Part shown: positions 1-9,719 of the stretch, piece by piece | How positions within the stretch are numbered: the first letter of the stretch is position 1 | Layout: the number at the start of each line of letters is the position of its first letter | IMG/VR virus record: IMGVR_UViG_3300036791_000423 | Location: 1-61,268 of that record | DNA from: a virus | Lineage: Duplodnaviria > Caudoviricetes | DNA length: 61,268 bases | Reading direction: 5' to 3' (one strand) | Notes under the pieces: generated by a model | Seen by the model: only the letters and a program-made list of their open reading frames with translations | Told to the model about the DNA's origin: nothing | Databases searched by the model: none | Made by a program: the position numbers and the translations under genes

Positions 1-171
1 TGCCTCCGCCGGTCAGATGTTTTACCAATCCTGTTAGATCGATTACTGCAGGTCCGCTACCATAGCCGGATGACATGACCGCCAAGATATGACCGCGTGC
101 ATCATTCTCTATTGACCAGCCATCGTTGTGTTCGAAATATGCCACCAACTCAGTCAGCATTTGCGCTTCCG

Positions 172-570
172 TCATTTCAGCACCCCCGCATGATACAGAT
201 ATTCCAGCGCCTCATCGACGCTGTCGGCGCTACCCCATAAATGATCCAGCCGTAACAGTTTAGCTTTAATGCCTAGCTGCGGTGTCGTCAGCGGTCCTCC
301 CGGCTTTTTCATCTCTAGCCATGCAACAAATCCACCGGGTAAAGGGAAGACCAGATCAGGCGAACCCGGCACCAAGCCTTCTTCCTTCAGCCGCAACGCC
401 ACCAGCGGGTGCCGCAAGCCTCCGTTTGGAATTGCCATATGGAAAATGCCGGGTTTAAGCAGAGGTGGCAAGATGCCTAGCAGCTTGCTTTGTATACTGT
501 GTTCGGAAGGATCATCAGAACCATAGCCGTGTTGTTTACGCTTGGATTTTTTTGCGCGCGGTCTAGGCAT
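172..570 (-). CDS. VRR-NUC family nuclease
   Basis: Motifs AIPNGG...G(S)PDL...WLEMKKPGG..T..Q typical of phage VRR-NUC proteins; start taken at ATG 570. Confidence 0.8.
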   Translation of the reverse strand: MPRPRAKKSKRKQHGYGSDDPSEHSIQSKLLGILPPLLKPGIFHMAIPNGGLRHPLVALRLKEEGLVPGSPDLVFPLPGGFVAWLEMKKPGGPLTTPQLGIKAKLLRLDHLWGSADSVDEALEYLYHAGVLK

Positions 571-775
571 GACGATATGGCCTTTACGCAAGGAAGGCGA
601 TGACCATGAAATGGTCAAGATGGTTGGCTTGATTTCTGGTCCAAAGGCGGGCAATGTTAGGTCCAAACATGTTTACAGGTCAAGCGCTTCTTTTGGTCTT
701 TATATAGCACCAACTATTACGCGCGTTGCTCGCAGCGTTACAATTGATCTGTGCAAATTTTATACGAGGTGATTG

Positions 776-997
776 ATGACAGCAGCACCGCGCGATTTCC
801 CGCACGCGACGACGTTCGCTGAGCTGGATTTCAGCACGCGCTGTTGCTGGGTGGTCAGCGAGGAGCCGCGATTGTTCTGTGGCAATGTGCGCGATGCCAA
901 GAGACCTTATTGTCAGCATCACTGCGAGCTATCATATACGGAGGATCGCCATGGCCGACGTTATCTCCCAAGACCGCGTCAGATACGTATTCGTTGA
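776..997 (+). CDS. Stand-alone GcrA C-terminal-like domain protein
   Basis: CCWVV..EPRLFCG.....RPYCQHHCELSY resembles the GcrA C-terminal pattern CRWP.G.P...FCG.....PYC..H...AY; GAGGT RBS upstream. Confidence 0.7.
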   Translation: MTAAPRDFPHATTFAELDFSTRCCWVVSEEPRLFCGNVRDAKRPYCQHHCELSYTEDRHGRRYLPRPRQIRIR

Positions 998-1190
998 TCA
1001 TGTCTTTAAGGTCGAGGAGAAACAGTTTAACGTCGGTGGCAAAAAACTTGCCGATGGCGAAGCCGAGTTGTTTGTGCAAAGCGGTGGCTGGTGGTTGACG
1101 CTTTGTAACTTCATGTCAATCCATATGGGCAACGATCAACCGACGCTAAAGGTTGGCGACAAGGTCAGGATCACGATCGAGAAAATCTAG
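951..1190 (+). CDS. hypothetical protein
   Basis: ORF from ATG 951 ending just before a terminator. Confidence 0.5.
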   Translation: MADVISQDRVRYVFVDHVFKVEEKQFNVGGKKLADGEAELFVQSGGWWLTLCNFMSIHMGNDQPTLKVGDKVRITIEKI

Positions 1191-1197
1191 GCAAAGA

Positions 1198-1226
1198 AAA
1201 ACCCCGGTTGGTTAGACCGGGGTTTT
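1198..1226. terminator. bidirectional intrinsic terminator
   Basis: AAAACCCCGGT-tggttag-ACCGGGGTTTT inverted repeat with A/T tails between convergent ORFs. Confidence 0.8.
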
Positions 1227-1229
1227 GTT

Positions 1230-1475
1230 TTACTTTAACATACTATATTGAGCAGCGATCTCCGTTGCAAGTCGATTGGCTTTTTTCTTTTTCATGTCGT
1301 TCATGTTGAAAACTAAAAACGCTGCATCATGCACATTTTTTATTAATTTCTCGTTTGGCGTTTCATCGATCTCGTCGGCTAATAAATGTAATTTTGATGC
1401 CAACTCTTCATCGGTCATCTTGTTTACGCTTTTAGCCAGTTCTCTCAGTTCGAATTGGATTTCAGTTTTAAACAT
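1230..1475 (-). CDS. hypothetical protein
   Basis: 81 aa ORF with a CAGGAG RBS before ATG 1475. Confidence 0.6.
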   Translation of the reverse strand: MFKTEIQFELRELAKSVNKMTDEELASKLHLLADEIDETPNEKLIKNVHDAAFLVFNMNDMKKKKANRLATEIAAQYSMLK

Positions 1476-2323
1476 TGTCGTTCTCCTGTTGCATGGGCAA
1501 AGCCAGCCCATGGCCAAAGGCCAAGGCTTGGTTTGCGGTTTGACGATATCAGACAACCCTAGCGCGGCTTGGCGCTAGCGCCAGCCAGTCAGCCCAAAAG
1601 GCCAGCCGCGCCAGCTAGGACGCTAGGCCAGCCAAAGGCCAGCCGCGCGCCCATAATAAAGGCTGGCATATTGCCTGCTTTAAAGCAAGCGGACATTAGG
1701 TTGTTAATTAACGCTGGCGCAACTTTAGGTCAATCGATCCCGGCCAGATCAAAAAAAGCAGGCAAAACAAGACCTTAACAAATATGTTGGTTTTGGCCGT
1801 TGATTGCTTTATATTAGGCCTGATCGCCAGTCTTGGCTTTAGGCTGGCAAAGCATGGTTGTCCGCGCCCCAAGGGCTGATATGCACAACCAGCGTTGTTT
1901 GACATTGTTGATCTAGATTGAAAACAGGGTAGCGCTCTACCACTGATCGTTGATGTATTGCCCCGTGTTGAGGGGAAGGTTTGTCAATCGGTCTTTGCGT
2001 CCTTATCCACAAAGCCAATGGATATACGGATAATCCCGCCAAAGTTTTGCAGCCAGTAGCCGTCACGTTGCTACAGTGCAAGCCTCCGTGCATAAGTCAA
2101 AACAAATCCCTGTAAGTAAATCCAGATTATATAGAGATAGTAGAACAACAAAGCCCTACGATATGCAGCGCAACTTAATAGCGCGTGATCATGATCACCT
2201 CCCCACCATGACCGAACAAAGTCAAAGAGGTTTGCATCTATCCATCACGCTGTTGCGGGAATCATCGGAAATCTCCCATCCTAAGTGATAGGGTCCGGGT
2301 TTTGCAGGCACCTAGTGTGCCGA

Positions 2324-2381
2324 ATTGTTCCCGTTATGCACTGGCGTCAGAGGCCAGTGCATCGGGGAGCAATCTTGCTTC
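2324..2381 (+). repeat. Structured leader element family B, copy 1 (others at 4787-4841 and 23821-23875)
   Basis: ATTGTTCC - variable hairpin - GGAGC AATxxT GYTYC directly before an RBS. Confidence 0.75.
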
Positions 2382-2397
2382 GTAAAAGGAACCAACC

Positions 2398-2871
2398 ATG
2401 ACTAAGGACCTAACACGCTTTAGGCCAGGTAGTCGCAAGCAAGCCGTTTGGGAAATCTATGCCACCAAAGGCTTGCAAGCGGCGTTCGAGTTTGGCCTGA
2501 CACAAGGCCTTGCGGCTAATACCGTCAAGGCATGGCATAGCATGTGGAAAAACTTTGGCGATGCACCCGTCGAAGCCAAGATCAAGACGCCAAGGATACC
2601 TAAGGCAGACATGCCAAAGGTCGTCTCAACCGAGACCGGCGAGGAACTGACCACCAAGGCCATGGCCAACAAGGTTTACATCAGTCAAACCAAAAAGCCG
2701 GTCAAGGTCACCTACTCCAAGCGCAAGGCCTATCTAGTCGAACAAGGCCCACAGGCCAGCATCATCATGTGGGAACATAATGGTGCCGAAGACTGCATCA
2801 GCAACGAGCATCTGGAAGGCATACCAACCGTGCGCCGTGAACCCAGAGCTGTGCGGAGGGATGACCTATGA
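2398..2871 (+). CDS. hypothetical early protein; N-terminal domain similar to the C-terminus of 9720-9998
   Basis: AAAAGGAACC RBS; shared R.GS.K..A..I....G...A......G....TV..W.S pattern. Confidence 0.7.
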   Translation: MTKDLTRFRPGSRKQAVWEIYATKGLQAAFEFGLTQGLAANTVKAWHSMWKNFGDAPVEAKIKTPRIPKADMPKVVSTETGEELTTKAMANKVYISQTKKPVKVTYSKRKAYLVEQGPQASIIMWEHNGAEDCISNEHLEGIPTVRREPRAVRRDDL

Positions 2872-3030
2872 CCGATATCGTGCAACAGACTTACCAAGAT
2901 ATCGTCAATGCCGGTTACCTCGAAGATCGTATGGAATATACGATCGACGATTTACAACTGGCTTATCCCAATCTAACGGCGGTCGAGATCATGCAGCTAT
3001 ATGACTTGATCCAAAACGCGGAGTGACAAT

Positions 3031-3276
3031 ATGCATTGGAAAATCAAGATAATCAATACCGACGGCACCTATTGGCTATGCGGCAATCAGAAATGGTCCG
3101 ATGACCATAAGGATGGCTTGGGCTTTAGTGACGAGGCCGAGGCTGACAAGCTGGTGGACATGTTTAGATCAAAGCTTACCGTCTACCGCGAGCCGTTTAA
3201 GGTCAAGGCCATTCGCTTTAAAGGTAAGGCGTCCATCAGGGACAACGTCATCACGTCCTTTCTCAACGATCAATAA
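3031..3276 (+). CDS. hypothetical early protein
   Basis: ORF with GGAG RBS in a co-oriented run. Confidence 0.6.
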   Translation: MHWKIKIINTDGTYWLCGNQKWSDDHKDGLGFSDEAEADKLVDMFRSKLTVYREPFKVKAIRFKGKASIRDNVITSFLNDQ

Positions 3277-3285
3277 AGGTAGACA

Positions 3286-3480
3286 ATGACTGAACGCGTA
3301 TGGGACGGCACGGCATCACATGCCCGTGTCAAAAATGCCGAGACCAAGTATTGCGACGAGTGCGGCCATGCCTTGGACCGGCATAAGCGCAACAATGACA
3401 AAAGACTATATGTCTGTAACTTCCATGGCTGTAGCTGCAAACTGCCAAAGTTAAAGGTGCATAAAGTTGAGAAGCCTTAA
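3286..3480 (+). CDS. small Cys/His-rich protein
   Basis: CxxCxH...H...CxxxxCxC pattern. Confidence 0.55.
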   Translation: MTERVWDGTASHARVKNAETKYCDECGHALDRHKRNNDKRLYVCNFHGCSCKLPKLKVHKVEKP

Positions 3481-3533
3481 GTTCATCGACGGGGCGGCAC
3501 TTGGCTTGCCGTCCAACGATGCACTTACGCATC
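3479..3533 (+). repeat. Structured intergenic element family A, copy 1 (others at 4273-4327, 6857-6911, 22765-22818)
   Basis: AAGTnnATC(G/T)AC - GC-rich hairpin - AA(C/A)GATGCACTTACGCATC; overlaps the upstream stop codon and precedes the next RBS. Confidence 0.85.
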
Positions 3534-3554
3534 ATGCAAAAGGAAAACAAACAA

Positions 3555-3920
3555 ATGGCTTATATCAAACCGCATCAAGTCGTTCATCCGGTGTCGCATC
3601 TATCCAAGTTTACGTTGATCTATGATGGCGGCGAATATCGCGCTACCGATGATCAATGGACCGGATGGGCTTTCGGTAAGGGACTATGGGACGGTGGACT
3701 ATGTTATCTCTTTCGCTGGAATTCATCTTACAGTGGCAATCCAAGCGGCGGACCTGATTATGGTTGGCCTCGTGGCTATGGTGGCGTGCCGGAGTGGTGC
3801 GTCCTTCCGCTACCGATTGGGGAAGCAATCCGTCGAACCATCCTCGCCGAGCGGCCGCAAGCGGCGCATGCCGCCAAGATACGCGATCTAAATGAAAAGG
3901 TTGTGATAGAAACCGAATAG
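3555..3920 (+). CDS. hypothetical early protein
   Basis: AAGGA RBS; ATG 3555. Confidence 0.65.
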   Translation: MAYIKPHQVVHPVSHLSKFTLIYDGGEYRATDDQWTGWAFGKGLWDGGLCYLFRWNSSYSGNPSGGPDYGWPRGYGGVPEWCVLPLPIGEAIRRTILAERPQAAHAAKIRDLNEKVVIETE

Positions 3921-3940
3921 TCCCATCAGGAGAAAGAACC

Positions 3941-4273
3941 ATGGAAGTTGATATCGATAAACTACAGGCACGGGCGGCTCGTCATCCGTCCAAGCATGTC
4001 ACCCGGTTTGAACCATTGATACCAATCGTCATCGAAGCTTTGCAAAAGGCCGGTATCAAGGTCGAACGATATTATACCAATCAAGTCAAGATTGGTGATC
4101 GCTGGATGGGTAGATTCGATCACGTCAGCCGAACTGCCGATCATATCTCGCGGTTGGCCATTTATGCGGTAGGGCGGGTAGACCACGATACCCGGCCGAT
4201 CTTGGAAATCCGCAACGAGGCCGAGGCACGATTGTTTGCCAAGACGGTTGCTTTGATGAAAGATGCTTTGTGA
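3941..4273 (+). CDS. hypothetical early protein
   Basis: CAGGAG RBS. Confidence 0.65.
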   Translation: MEVDIDKLQARAARHPSKHVTRFEPLIPIVIEALQKAGIKVERYYTNQVKIGDRWMGRFDHVSRTADHISRLAIYAVGRVDHDTRPILEIRNEAEARLFAKTVALMKDAL

Positions 4274-4327
4274 AGTCTATCGACGGGGCGGCAGCTAGTC
4301 TGCCGTCCAACGATGCACTTACGCATC
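4273..4327 (+). repeat. Structured intergenic element family A, copy 2
   Basis: Near-identical to 3479-3533 apart from the loop and two 5'-arm bases. Confidence 0.85.
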
Positions 4328-4343
4328 ACAGGAGAAATTGAAA

Positions 4344-4547
4344 ATGGCTAAAGCTACAACCAAAAAGACTGCTACCGTTACCCCGATCAAGGCAATGGCA
4401 ATCGAGGTCGAGATGAAACTTGACCGCGATACCAAGGGCACCTACGTCTACAAGGCCGATGGCGATGTGGCGGTGACCAGCCTTTACATCCAGCGTTCGC
4501 ATATGCCAGCCGGTGCGCCGGAAACCATTACCGTCTTGATTAAATGA
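4344..4547 (+). CDS. hypothetical early protein
   Basis: CAGGAG RBS after element A. Confidence 0.6.
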   Translation: MAKATTKKTATVTPIKAMAIEVEMKLDRDTKGTYVYKADGDVAVTSLYIQRSHMPAGAPETITVLIK

Positions 4548-4780
4548 TCAGGCTGGCAATAATCGTGGTTGCCATCTGTCTGGTGTCTGCCAGCCAAGCT
4601 CAACAGCGGTCATACTATGACCGACGCGGTAGCTTTGCTGGCAGCGCCAGCCAACACGGCAACTTAACATCGGCCTATGATCGCAATGGTCATTTTGCCG
4701 GTAGCGCTATCCGTAACAGCGATGGCACCACCAGCTTTTACGATCGCAATGGCCGGTTTACCGGTTCAGCGCGAAGATAA
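4544..4780 (+). CDS. small secreted protein with three YDRxGxFxGSA repeats
   Basis: Hydrophobic signal-like N-terminus; internal repeats visible in the translation. Confidence 0.65.
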   Translation: MIRLAIIVVAICLVSASQAQQRSYYDRRGSFAGSASQHGNLTSAYDRNGHFAGSAIRNSDGTTSFYDRNGRFTGSARR

Positions 4781-4786
4781 AGTTGG

Positions 4787-4841
4787 ATTGTTCCAACGGT
4801 GCGCCGTCTTCGGACGGCGTACAATGGAGCAATAATGTTCC
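4787..4841 (+). repeat. Structured leader element family B, copy 2
   Basis: ATTGTTCCA..GCGCCGTC-TTCG-GACGGCGT..TGGAGCAATAATGTTCC then CAGGAG. Confidence 0.75.
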
Positions 4842-4868
4842 GCAGGAGAAAGAAAAGGAAATATAAAA

Positions 4869-5585
4869 ATGTCTACCAAAGCCAAATTAATGACAGAGTG
4901 GAAATCGGTGCTCGACAAGCATCACTTGAAATTGGAAGATGCCAAAGACCCGCTCGACTTCATCGTCGATAAGACTGCACAAAAAGGCAGCAAGGCAGGC
5001 GAGCCGGGATTTTGCACATTTGCTCGTGCATTAAAACTTCTTGGCGCTGTTGAAGTGATGTTTGGTAATCAGGTTGCCAACGTCATCATGCGTAACAAGA
5101 AAAACAAACTACGTGCATTACGTTATGTTTTGCCCAAGACAATACAAGCCATGATCTTGGCCAAAGACACTGGCGGTGAAGTCGAAGCTGGTATTTATTC
5201 ATTGATGCCACCAACCAAGGCTCGCACTTTGGTTGCGGCCGACAAAAACCGACGCGCAGCGGCTGAACGATATCGCAATTTGCCCAAGGCAGAACGGAAA
5301 GCCATCATCAAGCAACAAAAAGCCCGCAAGGAACAACGGGTACAGCGCGATGCTGAGGTAATCCAGCAATATGCCGCGCGGACAACCCGCAAAGCCGCTG
5401 CCTTAAAAGCCGCTGCTACCAAGGCAAAGGCCAAGGCTGGTGGTATTAAGGCTGGCGGTGCCCGCAAGGCCAGCGTTACCGGCAAAGCCGGTGGCCGCGT
5501 CAAGCCTGTTGCAATATCATCCATCAAGCGGGTGACATTGCAGCTCCGTGACTTTTCCGGCAACAATGGTTATCAGGCTGCCTGA
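4869..5585 (+). CDS. basic protein with a Lys/Ala-rich (histone H1-like composition) C-terminus
   Basis: Composition of the translation; AAAAGGA RBS. Confidence 0.65.
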   Translation: MSTKAKLMTEWKSVLDKHHLKLEDAKDPLDFIVDKTAQKGSKAGEPGFCTFARALKLLGAVEVMFGNQVANVIMRNKKNKLRALRYVLPKTIQAMILAKDTGGEVEAGIYSLMPPTKARTLVAADKNRRAAAERYRNLPKAERKAIIKQQKARKEQRVQRDAEVIQQYAARTTRKAAALKAAATKAKAKAGGIKAGGARKASVTGKAGGRVKPVAISSIKRVTLQLRDFSGNNGYQAA

Positions 5586-5603
5586 TAGGCCGGGAGAAAA
5601 ACA

Positions 5604-6149
5604 ATGAAAATAAAATTGGTTTGCTCTGGCTGTGGGGCAAAAGGTGAAGGCTCGTGCAATTGTGGCTTGCCCTATATGCCAGAAAAGCAGCGACGCGCGG
5701 CCGAAGAAATTCGAATCAACCCGAATCGTACAAATAGAACTATAAGTAAAATAGTCGGCGTAAGTCATCAAACTGTTAGTCGGGCTCGATCTGTATCAGT
5801 TGGTCCAAAGAATGGACCAATTGATACGCGACGTATTGGCAAAAATGGTAGCTATCCTGTCACCAAACGCAAAGGTGTCAGGCCCTATACCAAGGACAAT
5901 GGCCGCAACGAGATCAATAATCTGATCGGCTGGTTTACTCATACCATCCGGCCAAAGATCAAGGAACGGTTTAATCGTGTCATCAAGGAAATATCGATGA
6001 CAAAAGACTTTTCCGAGCAATCGCGCGCGGTACTGGTCGATTCGATCAATTACCTACGGCAGGACATGGAAAAATGGATCGAACAACTAGATGCAATCGA
6101 TCTTGGAAAGTCTGTTAAAAGCAACGTAGTTGCAATGCATCGCAAATAG
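5604..6149 (+). CDS. Cys-rich plus HTH DNA-binding protein
   Basis: CxxC..CxC then NPNRTNRTISKIVGVSHQTVSRAR, an HTH-like segment. Confidence 0.65.
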   Translation: MKIKLVCSGCGAKGEGSCNCGLPYMPEKQRRAAEEIRINPNRTNRTISKIVGVSHQTVSRARSVSVGPKNGPIDTRRIGKNGSYPVTKRKGVRPYTKDNGRNEINNLIGWFTHTIRPKIKERFNRVIKEISMTKDFSEQSRAVLVDSINYLRQDMEKWIEQLDAIDLGKSVKSNVVAMHRK

Positions 6150-6434
6150 GTTTCCGGTTGGCAGAAACTACAACCGGGAAACGGCACGGACGGTCGGAGA
6201 ATAGCCCCCTCGGCCGTCCGTGTTCGTATTGGGGGTAACAAAAAGGAAAACATCATGTTTGTAATCGTCAGGGTGCAAGGCACCAGCTACCCGCCGTCAG
6301 AAGACCGCGAGCAATTGCAAAAGATCGCGGACGAACTGAATCAGGATGCCATCGATAACATTGATACAGGTCGGTGGATCGTCGTGCCAGAGGAATTGAC
6401 AAACGAGTTTATTCCTACGCCAACGGATCACTAG

Positions 6435-6638
6435 ATGCCTCGATATAATTCGGCAGACATCATCGAGTATGCAGTCATACTGCGTCGATCAATGCCAGAA
6501 GCATCTCATTATGATTTCTGTGTTGCTATGCGGGTAAAGTTTCCCGACATCACGGATTATCGTTTGCGTGAGGCATTTGCAGACGCCAAACTGTTGCTTG
6601 CTATCAAGCAGGTAATCAAGGATTTTACAGGAGACTAA
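6435..6638 (+). CDS. hypothetical early protein
   Basis: ORF in a co-oriented run. Confidence 0.5.
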   Translation: MPRYNSADIIEYAVILRRSMPEASHYDFCVAMRVKFPDITDYRLREAFADAKLLLAIKQVIKDFTGD

Positions 6639-6639
6639 A

Positions 6640-6858
6640 ATGATCGTAAAAGGAATGACGCCAACCGACTTGATTTTCATGTCGCGTATGGTTGAACAAT
6701 ATGGCGTGACCGCGGTGCTATGCGGTATCGCTGCAATCTGCCATGACAAGGCCACCAGTCTGATCGAGACCCAAGACAAGCACCAAGCTGGCCCATGGGT
6801 CAAGGCCGGTGATGTGATCGAAGGCACGGTCAGCGCAACAGACGGATGGCCATCTTAA
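6640..6858 (+). CDS. hypothetical early protein
   Basis: CAGGAG RBS. Confidence 0.6.
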   Translation: MIVKGMTPTDLIFMSRMVEQYGVTAVLCGIAAICHDKATSLIETQDKHQAGPWVKAGDVIEGTVSATDGWPS

Positions 6859-6911
6859 GTTCATCGACGGGGCGGCAGCGTGTCTGCCGTCCAACGATGC
6901 ACTTACGCATC
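6857..6911 (+). repeat. Structured intergenic element family A, copy 3
   Basis: Near-identical to 3479-3533. Confidence 0.85.
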
Positions 6912-6928
6912 ATATAAGGAAACGTGTC

Positions 6929-7120
6929 TTGTTAAGCATCACAACTGAACCATCTAGCTACCATGGTCGTTATCCGCGCATCTATGCCGCGCTGAAACGC
7001 TATGGCTTCTCGCCCGCCATGGCTATTCGCATCATCATCGATGCCACCCGTGCAGATACCTATGCATGGAATGTCGTCATGCTGGCCCGACGTTACCGCA
7101 GCGCCGGCGGTGCCGCATGA
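6929..7120 (+). CDS. hypothetical early protein
   Basis: TAAGGA RBS; TTG start. Confidence 0.5.
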   Translation: MLSITTEPSSYHGRYPRIYAALKRYGFSPAMAIRIIIDATRADTYAWNVVMLARRYRSAGGAA

Positions 7121-7240
7121 CGCCGGAACAGCGATACGAAATCTTAGACAAGCTTGTAGCCATGATCTTCATGGGCGTGCTTGTCTTTGTCGTCGTGATC
7201 ATCTGGTCACATTACTAAACAAACCAAAAGGAACCCAACC

Positions 7241-7507
7241 GTGAATAAGGAACGACGTAAACAACTGGCAAAAGCGCTTGAGCTGTTGCTGGAAGTCAGT
7301 CCCAAGCTTGACGAAGCCAAAGGTATCATCGAACAGGCTGGCACCGACGAACGCGAGTATGTGGACGCTATGTCCGACAATCTAAAGGCGGGCGACAAAG
7401 GCCAGCAGGCCGAACTCGCGGCGGATAATCTCGATGAGGTCAAGCGGTCACTTGATGACCTCGACATTGACGATTTGATCGCCAAGGTTGAGGAGGCGCA
7501 GACATGA
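7241..7507 (+). CDS. acidic helical hypothetical protein
   Basis: AAAAGGAACC RBS; GTG start. Confidence 0.7.
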   Translation: MNKERRKQLAKALELLLEVSPKLDEAKGIIEQAGTDEREYVDAMSDNLKAGDKGQQAELAADNLDEVKRSLDDLDIDDLIAKVEEAQT

Positions 7508-7730
7508 TTGCTTACAAATCAAATCTGCGGATTGTCTTTGCCGCTACCAACCAAAGCGACATGATCCAGGAACAGATTGCTAGGCTAAATCGTAATCTTG
7601 CCCGTCTTGAACAGATGGACAAGCTGATGATGGAAACCAAGCGTATGTTCCAATCATTGGAACGCGATCAGTAAACAATAATATGGGGACCGGGTTTCGC
7701 TCGGTTCCCATCTACCCATAAGGAACCAAC

Positions 7731-8027
7731 ATGCCAAAGCCAATCGACTTGATACCCGGATTTGCACCGCAGCGTCGCGAATCCAAGACCGAAGACGGGT
7801 GGGCCATCTACGTGACGCCACCAGCAGTCATCGGCCCAATGCCTACAGTCATTGTCTATCTGACCAATGATCAATACCAGCGCTACCATCTATGGCGTAA
7901 CAGCGGTGGCTTGATACAGGACCGGCTCCCGGACCTAACGCCAGATCAGCGCGAGCAATTGATGAGTGGGTTGCTAAACGATGACTTTCATCGATTTACA
8001 AAGGATGATGACGATGAAGCTTCGTAA
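7731..8027 (+). CDS. hypothetical early protein
   Basis: AAGGAACC RBS; C-terminal LIQDRLPDLTPDQREQLMSG motif. Confidence 0.65.
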   Translation: MPKPIDLIPGFAPQRRESKTEDGWAIYVTPPAVIGPMPTVIVYLTNDQYQRYHLWRNSGGLIQDRLPDLTPDQREQLMSGLLNDDFHRFTKDDDDEAS

Positions 8028-8478
8028 ATTCGTCGAAGAGGTCGCTGACAAGATCGACATTGTCTTTAATCACTCGTTAGAGATCGTACCGATGTGGCAT
8101 ATCATCGCTGGTGATGGCGAGGAACTGATCTTGCCATCAATAGCACCTGACAAGGATATGGCGTGCTTGTTTGCGCAGGCCTTTATGGCAGTCACCGAAG
8201 CCAAGCGTTATGTTTTCATCGATGAGGGATGGATGGCGTTTGTAAAAGACGAATCAAAAATCCCGATCAGCGGCGGAGTAAAAGAAATACCTGGCCGCAA
8301 GGAAATCGTAATGTTTATGGCCGAGGATATCGACGAAGGCACGATCATGGCCCACCGCGAGATCATCAGGCCAGAAGGCAAGCGTCCATATCTAGGCCCG
8401 ATCAAGATCAGTGACAGCGGCGGTGTCAGCGAAGGCCGTTTCTGCGGTCTACTACCCGTCAAAAAACTGCATTCATAA
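8014..8478 (+). CDS. hypothetical early protein
   Basis: ORF overlapping the previous stop. Confidence 0.6.
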   Translation: MKLRKFVEEVADKIDIVFNHSLEIVPMWHIIAGDGEELILPSIAPDKDMACLFAQAFMAVTEAKRYVFIDEGWMAFVKDESKIPISGGVKEIPGRKEIVMFMAEDIDEGTIMAHREIIRPEGKRPYLGPIKISDSGGVSEGRFCGLLPVKKLHS

Positions 8479-8533
8479 AAACACTACGCTCGATCCAACG
8501 ACGACCAAAAACCATATGAAACAGGAGAAGTAA

Positions 8534-8890
8534 ATGTTTAGAATAGAAGCGTTCTGTGACGATAAGAATTTGCCGCGCGTGCTGCATGCTTTGACCGGCT
8601 TGCTACTTGGCACGCCAAAGATTCAGCCAGTGGCCAATGCCCAAGCCAGCAATGGCGTGATCAAGGCCAAAGTAAACGGTGATCTTGCTGCGCTGTTTGA
8701 AGCCCATGTCAAGCGGCACCGGCTGGCGACGGTTACGCCAAAGCAGCTAAAGGAATTTGCCGTCGAGCATGGCTATTCCGAAAAGTCCTATAGTAACATT
8801 TTGACAAGGATGATTGAGGCCAAGCACCTGCGTAAGAAGCAGGGGACTAAAGGCCAAAATACTCTTTATGTAGTGACGGGAGCTAAGTGA
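8534..8890 (+). CDS. hypothetical protein, possible winged-helix C-terminus
   Basis: CAGGAG RBS. Confidence 0.6.
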   Translation: MFRIEAFCDDKNLPRVLHALTGLLLGTPKIQPVANAQASNGVIKAKVNGDLAALFEAHVKRHRLATVTPKQLKEFAVEHGYSEKSYSNILTRMIEAKHLRKKQGTKGQNTLYVVTGAK

Positions 8891-9180
8891 TGGCTGCAAA
8901 AACCAAACGTGCACCGCGTGTCTATGGATCATATCTGTTCAAGGACAAGGAACCAGTGATCGACGAAACCCGGACACTGTTTGAAGATGTCTTTGGCGAA
9001 AGGATAAACAACAAGATGTTTTCCAAGATCGAAGAAGATGGTGGACCTACCACCAGTTGCATGCGTGCTTGGTTTTTTGGCGATACCAAACGACCAAAAA
9101 ACGAAACGATCGAAGCCGCTGGCCGCGCAATCGGCTACCGGCGCAAATGGGTAAAGATGACGACTACAGCCAGAAAGTAA
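8890..9180 (+). CDS. hypothetical protein, possible HTH
   Basis: Helix-turn-helix-like C-terminal half (TSCMRAWFFGDTKRPKNETIEAAGRAIG). Confidence 0.55.
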   Translation: MAAKTKRAPRVYGSYLFKDKEPVIDETRTLFEDVFGERINNKMFSKIEEDGGPTTSCMRAWFFGDTKRPKNETIEAAGRAIGYRRKWVKMTTTARK

Positions 9181-9214
9181 ACTTTATTGGCAGGGGTGTC
9201 ACGTACCATAAGGA

Positions 9215-9490
9215 ATGGAAACGATGTCCACCATAAGTTACTCTACCACGGAACTAGCAATACTTGCGCTGCTGAAAAAGAAAAAACGTTTGACAGCGCA
9301 AGAACTGACCAACCTTTACTATGGTAAAGATACTGCGCCGCTTTATGCGGAACAAACAATTCGCAGCGCCTTGTCTAGACTGCAAAAGAAGATCGATTAC
9401 AATCATGAGTCATTTACGATAACGCTGGAAAAAAAGACCGGCCAAAACATTGTGTTTGTTTTCGGCCAAAAAGCTCGTATAAGGGCTTGA
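9215..9490 (+). CDS. winged-helix DNA-binding protein
   Basis: STTELAILALL....LTAQEL...YG......EQTIRSALSRLQKKI resembles an OmpR-type wHTH. Confidence 0.6.
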   Translation: METMSTISYSTTELAILALLKKKKRLTAQELTNLYYGKDTAPLYAEQTIRSALSRLQKKIDYNHESFTITLEKKTGQNIVFVFGQKARIRA

Positions 9491-9522
9491 AAACATTACC
9501 GAATAAAAATTGTTACGACATC

Positions 9523-9551
9523 CTCGACTTTACAACCACAGGATGCTATAT
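9523..9551 (+). promoter_or_regulatory. sigma70-type promoter
   Basis: CTCGAC-N17-CTATAT, one mismatch from the rhizobial consensus CTTGAC-N17-CTATAT. Confidence 0.6.
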
Positions 9552-9719
9552 CTATTTTTGTCGATGGCAAAGACGCCTCCGGCAAAAGTAATCGGACCGC
9601 AAAGCAAAACCCTCCAAAAAACAGGAGCCGCCATGCGCGACGATACAGACACGGTCACTGATCAGGCATCGCCAGTTGAACCCGTGCAACCCACAGATGC
9701 CACAAAAAGGAAATCTAAA

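Noticed and set aside
1569-2288. Short ORFs in the divergent intergenic region
   Set aside because: No convincing RBS or motifs; they overlap a repeat-rich, probably regulatory stretch.
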